Positions 59,124 to 64,000 of a stretch of 64,000 nt of DNA are shown here, in pieces; position 1 is the first letter of the stretch, and each line of letters begins with the position of its first letter. The DNA lies in contig CAJINV010000003.1 of the NCBI GenBank assembly GCA_905178155.1, positions 5,091,700 through 5,155,699 on the forward strand, in the 5' to 3' direction. Made by a program: the position numbers and the translations under genes. A model generated the notes under the pieces. It worked only from the letters and a program-made list of their open reading frames with translations, searched no databases and was not told where the DNA came from. This stretch comes from Amoebophrya sp. A120 (Eukaryota; Protista; Dinoflagellata).

Positions 59124-62100
59124 GTGTATGAAAATCACAACAACGGGGCTGGTGAAGAAGGTGCGAAGATTGATAGTAGTTCATGTCTTGAGTGCGGGAA
59201 GGGGGACAGTTTTCACAAAAACAAGGGCCACAAGGAGGAGAACTGGCGAAGCTGGATCAGAGACAAATACGAGAACACCACCCACGCTTTTCGCGATAAA
59301 TTAAACCATACGAGGGAATACGTGACCGAAAAAGTCGAGAATACCACCCACGCTATGCGCGATAAATTAAACCATACGACGGAATACCTGACCGACATGA
59401 AGGAGAATACCACCCACGCTATTCGCGATAGATATCACGGTGTGACGGAATACATAAGCGAGGAACGCGCCCTCGTTACCATGAAGGTGCGACAGATTAC
59501 GGACGGCGTGAAGGCTCTTAACGAAAAGAGCAAGGACGTCAAGAGCTGGGCGAAAAACCTACGGAATCTGGTATTCTCCTTGCGTTGATCCTTTGTGTTT
59601 TTTCATTCTCCGGTTTTTCTCCCGTCAAAGTTCTGCAGATAGCGATGTGTAGTGTGCTGGTCCGAGTTTGGTGTTCGTTAAGATTTTTCATCTGATCGCA
59701 TGAGTAGGGACACCTCAGTGCTTTCCTTGGAAAAAGTTGTACGCAATGTCAACGGTTCGAGGTAGTGCTGTGCATTTGAATCTATTTGTCACTGTAGCTG
59801 GGCGTCATCAATCCGTCGAATTTCGCCGACTTCATGCCGAAAGGCGAAATCAATCTGGGCCATGGAATGGAGACCCTGCAGGGGTCCGATCTCCTGGGGA
59901 ACATGACCGAGTGGATGGGGAAGCACGTGCTGGGCGGAAGCGACGCGCACGGTGTATGCACCCCGAACATGGCACTGTACGGCCCCGAGGCGCCCCCGGC
60001 GCCGCAGGATGCCTGTGCGGCCGGGAACTACGATCCGGAACCACTGACGCGAGACGCCGTTTTCAAGGGCTTGAGAAGGGAGGTGACAAACAGGCCTCTG
60101 TATTACGCGCAGAATCCTACGGCGTTGGCGACGGAGCTTCTGGAGACTGAGTGCGACATCCACGCGGTACTATTCATTGCCAGAAAATAAAGTTCTTGAG
60201 GAGCAGGCACAGCCGCCGACACAGCCGCCGACACGATATGTAGGACATGTAGGCACGTTGCAAAGCATCTGCATGCAAGAGCCTACATATGCTGCATGTG
60301 TCGTGAACTTAAAATTTACTGCAGTGCCTACTTCTGTATTCGCCGGACCTGAGGGAGCGCGCATTCCTCCTCCCCCCCTCCGCCAGGGCGAGAGCCTCAC
60401 AACACGGGGCAAAAAAACTTCGGGCACGCCTCGTGTGCCCGCCGACTTGTCAACCCCCCCCCAAGCAGCACGGGGACCCCGGGGCCAACACATGGGGGGC
60501 CCGCAATCACCCCGATCATGCGACTCCCTGCGCGGAATGCGAAAAAAAAACAGCGCGGGCGCCCGCCCTCTTGGTCCCGCCCGCCCCCACATGTTACGGC
60601 GCGCCGGGTTCGCAGCGCGCCCATAGTTAGATAGCACGCGAATGGCTTCGGCCTCGTTGCGTACGCCTCTGCGCCTACTGCCGACCAGCCAACTGGCTGC
60701 CCCATGCATGCGAAGGCGCCACACGAAGAAGAGCCGCCGGGCGGTCGATTGTTGTGCGGCGAGACCGCCGGGGGCCCCCTCCACCCTTGCGTCGGGGTGC
60801 CCGCTCCCGTCCTCCGGAATTGGACCAACCTACCCCCCCCCCTTTCGCCTGGGCGAAAGGGGGTCCAATTGTTGCACAGCCTCTAAAGTTCTTGGGGAGC
60901 ACGCACAGCCGCCGACTCTGAAATTACACCCCGGCTGGACTTATGATTTTCCGCGGTCAATCTCAATGCCCTTGGTTGTTTTTATCCTGAACTTTCTCGG
61001 CTGTTTGGCACTGGCGGTAAACGGGCTCCGAGCCCAATCCGTTACCCTTGCAGAGGGGGAGACTGGGATAAGAAAAGCCGGGGGCTTGTTGTATTCCGTT
61101 GGGGTTTTTGAGCTCCCATAGGGCTTTTTGTGTCTGGCCTTTGCCAATTTTACGTTGCGAGAAAGGTCACGGATAAAACGACCAAGGTCGGAGCTATTTA
61201 GCGTCTTTGGCGCCATTGCTTGCGCGCTGTTTTGGGGCTGCTACGGATTTTCGTTATATCGCCTGCCTTGCAGGCTGAGGGAAACCTCCGGTCCCACATT
61301 ACGTAGCTCGCTGTGTTTTTTTTTTGGGCTTGGACTTATATTGCTTTCCCGCCTTCCAGGGCTCCGCAGCCTTTTCGATGGGGCATGTTGTCCCCCAAAT
61401 TCATCGCTGGGTCGCTTCGCTTCCTGCGGGTTCTTAGGGGTTGCTTCGGCGCGTGGCTCCTTCGGCGGTGGCGGGGTGCCCCATCGCGGGCGCTCATGCC
61501 CTTCCGGTGAAGACGGCTTCCCACTGGAAGCGGTGCCCCATCGCGGGCGCTCATGCCCTTCCGGTGAAGACGGCTTCCCACTGGAAGCCTACGATCATCC
61601 AAAGGATGATCTATCTCTGGCTGATTCTGTATAAAATAAAGTTCTTGAGGAGCAGGCACAGCCGCCGACACGAGTGTCATCCTGATCTCCATTTCATCTT
61701 CACTTGGTTCCAAAATAGGAGTCAGTAGGCACTTCTAAAAACAATTTGTATGCCTTGACAGACTTGGATGGCGTACCTGAAAGAGTCAGCAATGAATGAA
61801 GGCAGTGATGCGATATTTTTTCTCTGTTGCAACTGTACAGAAAGGAGAAAAGGAGGATCATGACAAGACTGCGTGCGCTGCCAAAAAGGGGACAGACGGC
61901 ACAGGCTGCTGCAAGTGGCTCTCGCTGTCACATGATGCCATGACGACCACCATCGGAAAAATCATGACCAAATTGACGACAATCGGCGATGCTTTGTCGA
62001 AGGGAGAGGGTACTCATTCTGATTTTCTTGTTCTCTGTGCGTAGGACAAGGATGGGCCGCGTGAAGTTGTTGATGAACTTAGGAGATTTGAAGTTGGATG

Positions 62101-62454
62101 TTGACGTCGTGGGGTTCTACTTTCCTCGAACAAGCGATTGACTCGATAGAGAAGAACGTTGCTGCATTTTTCCGAAGGCATATCGTTGTAAGTACTATGA
62201 GCTGTTGAACCCAATATACAGCGACGGAGGGACAGCTGTTCGAGGCCTTTAAGCTGGCCACCATGGTGTATGTTTACGCCGAACACGTCGGGCCGAGAGT
62301 CGCCGAGACCATGTTGAAGTTTGTCCTGATCATGACCCCGTTGGCGCCGGTTGCGGGCGTCGCGCAATGGATGTTTGAAGCGGTGGCCGAGCCTTTCATC
62401 GTGGAGTACGGGCGGAGGAATGCCCAGATCTTTGCGGAAACCGGCTCAGTGTGA
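59124..62454 (+). CDS. Hypothetical protein with 22-aa amphipathic repeats and Cys-rich segments; 5' exons unresolved
   Basis: ENTTHAxRDKLNHTxEY repeated 3 times. GT-AG introns 59571-59797 and 60167-61840 join in frame. Further exons run to 62454; upstream exons probably lie in 58300-58900. Confidence 0.55.
60184..61671. repeat. ~1.4-kb intronic insertion bounded by a 39-bp direct repeat
   Basis: aaaataaagttcttgaggagcaggcacagccgccgacac at 60184-60222 and 61633-61671, with a degenerate third copy at 60884-60916. Confidence 0.82.
61475..61588. repeat. Perfect 57-bp tandem duplication
   Basis: ggtgccccatcgcgggcgctcatgcccttccggtgaagacggcttcccactggaagc twice (61475-61531, 61532-61588). Confidence 0.95.
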
Positions 62455-63374
62455 GGCGGTTTCGTGGAACTTGATTCGGTTGTTTTAGACTTTTTCAACA
62501 AGCAAGAAAGCTACCATCAATCGGCTCTCTGGTCCTTCGATTAGTTGCTTTTGATTCGTAGTTTTCATTTTCTATCACTGGGTTCTTTGAGGCACGACGC
62601 TCGAACTTTTTCCCCGGAGGTAAGGGGCATGCAGGTGTAAACGAATGAAACAAAGAACCAATTTTATCGCACGAGATTCACAGAGATTGAGGTCGGGAGG
62701 ACCCGACGCAACCCATTTTAGGACATGTTTGTCGCACTCGATGATCTCGACAAACTACATGCTGCCTTGTACGATAGTGCGACAGATAGACGGAAGAAAT
62801 GGACGCCTCTCCAAGAGAGGAAGACTGGTCCTCTTCAGTGATACAGACACCAGACATCGTTTCACGGAAATCAATGCTCAGCAAACAGCATCGCGAACCA
62901 ACTACTCACAAGGGAGACAAAGTAAGACGGTCTGCGTTTTTTTGTCGTAGGACCGGTTGCGGCACTCGCTTCTGTGTTGTTCGTCTGAAGCGTGGATCCG
63001 AGACCATTCCGCATGATTTGTGTTGAATTGTCTTCGGTCATCGAAGGACGCTGGTTTTATCGCGGTATATTCGGGACGGACTGGAGAATGATGTTCAACG
63101 ATCTCGTGGCATGGGGAAGGACGTGCAAAAGATGACCACTCCTCAGCAACAGAGAGAAATTTTTTTAAGAATTTTACAAGAACCGGAGAAAGAAAGGCAC
63201 TTCATGTTCATTGGGATAAGGCTCGCCGATAACTACACCTTCGAGACGACCGCGACAGGTTGTATCCCAAGGAAATGTAGTAAGTAAGCGTGGCGAAGCC
63301 AGTTATGGGTTGCGCGAATCGAAAGGCCGAGAAGCACTACGCTTATGATGGGGTCCACCCCCCGGGCGTGGGTA

Positions 63375-64000
63375 GGAGCAAAGCCGATGCGAGGAAGGAT
63401 GATCCGGCCGACCAAAAAACTCAGTGGGCTCGCATTAGGGAAAGGGCGGCGGCCCGGACGAACTTGGAGGAAACGCATAAGAATGAAACACCGGGCGGCT
63501 CTGGAAGCGCCACAAAGGGAGCACGCGCTGCGGCAGCAGCCAGCCGTGAAACTCTCTACAGACTCCCGAGCTGTCCGCGTGCAGAGGACATTTTGACTCA
63601 CGTGTGTTGGGTGGATGGCGATTCGTTCGTAACCGCCGGCATCAACGGGGGCTGCTACCTGTACAACTTGGAGACCAGAAAGGAACGGAATTTCCAGGCT
63701 GCTATAAACAGAGCCTGCACAAAAGTGTACCCCTTATCATGTCCCGACGCGGGAGGGGCGAGAACCGTCGGCCCGGACTCGTCGGGCAGCGACGTGGACC
63801 GGCTTCTAACATGTGGCGCAGACGGATGTGTGAAGCTCTGGGATTTAGGAAAGCTTCGGCCCACCACATTGACACAGCACCGGATGACAGTCAATGATGC
63901 TGCCGTAAGAGGCCGCGGCGGGGGGCAGAATTGGAAGGTGCTCTCGGGAAGCCGCGATGCTGTTCTGAATCTGTCGGACGTTGCGACGCAACAGGTGCTC
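63375..64000 (+). CDS. WD40-repeat protein, partial (runs off the window; 5' end unresolved)
   Basis: An open frame not listed in the ORF track reads ILTHVCWVDGDSFVTAGINGGCYLYN, LLTCGADGCVKLWD and HRMTVNDAAV...VLSGSRDAVLNLSD. Confidence 0.72.

Noticed and set aside
1-64000. Stop-codon reassignment, as reported for one Amoebophrya lineage
   Set aside because: Reconstructed exons contain no internal stops, and genes end in TAG or TGA. A few unresolved TGA codons near 59103 and 63020-63135 are better explained by unknown exon boundaries.
1-64000. Dinoflagellate spliced-leader relics, tRNA/rRNA genes, or an autonomous transposase
   Set aside because: I saw no CCGTAGCCATTTTGGCTCAAG-like sequence, structured RNA gene or DDE transposase ORF by eye. 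Covariance and HMM searches would be needed to exclude them.

Overview
Eukaryotic, intron-containing genomic DNA, most likely from an alveolate of the Amoebophrya/Syndiniales type. The taxon is inferred from three things: about 15 genes all on the + strand, an EF-hand/BSU-like PPP phosphatase, and inverted-repeat non-canonical introns. Genes supported: a signal-peptide-bearing PRMT-like methyltransferase, a PPR-like protein, a coiled-coil protein, a BAHD/HXXXD acyltransferase, a kinesin-10-like motor, an acidic secreted protein, an RCC1-repeat protein, a membrane protein, an EF-hand PPP phosphatase, a protein with ~29 IQ motifs joined to a ROK-like kinase domain, a PP2C, a partial WD40 protein and several hypotheticals. 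The main signal is 13 short elements (109-489 bp) from at least 6 terminal-inverted-repeat (TIR) families. All end TAT...ATA, all have 5-bp target-site duplications (TSDs; 11 exact, 2 with one mismatch), and all sit inside coding exons. Removing each element plus one TSD restores the reading frame, including catalytic motifs such as GDIHGQ and DDIT. Most cannot be read as GT-AG introns, related copies occur in both orientations, and all families share an internal GCAT(G/C)ACA motif array. The window also holds a long-TIR MITE, an insertion with telomere-like repeats nested in one element, a patchwork insertion flanked by a 39-bp duplication, satellite repeats next to an assembly gap, and a locally duplicated segment split by the PRMT gene. 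Exon structures were read by eye and have no transcript confirmation.
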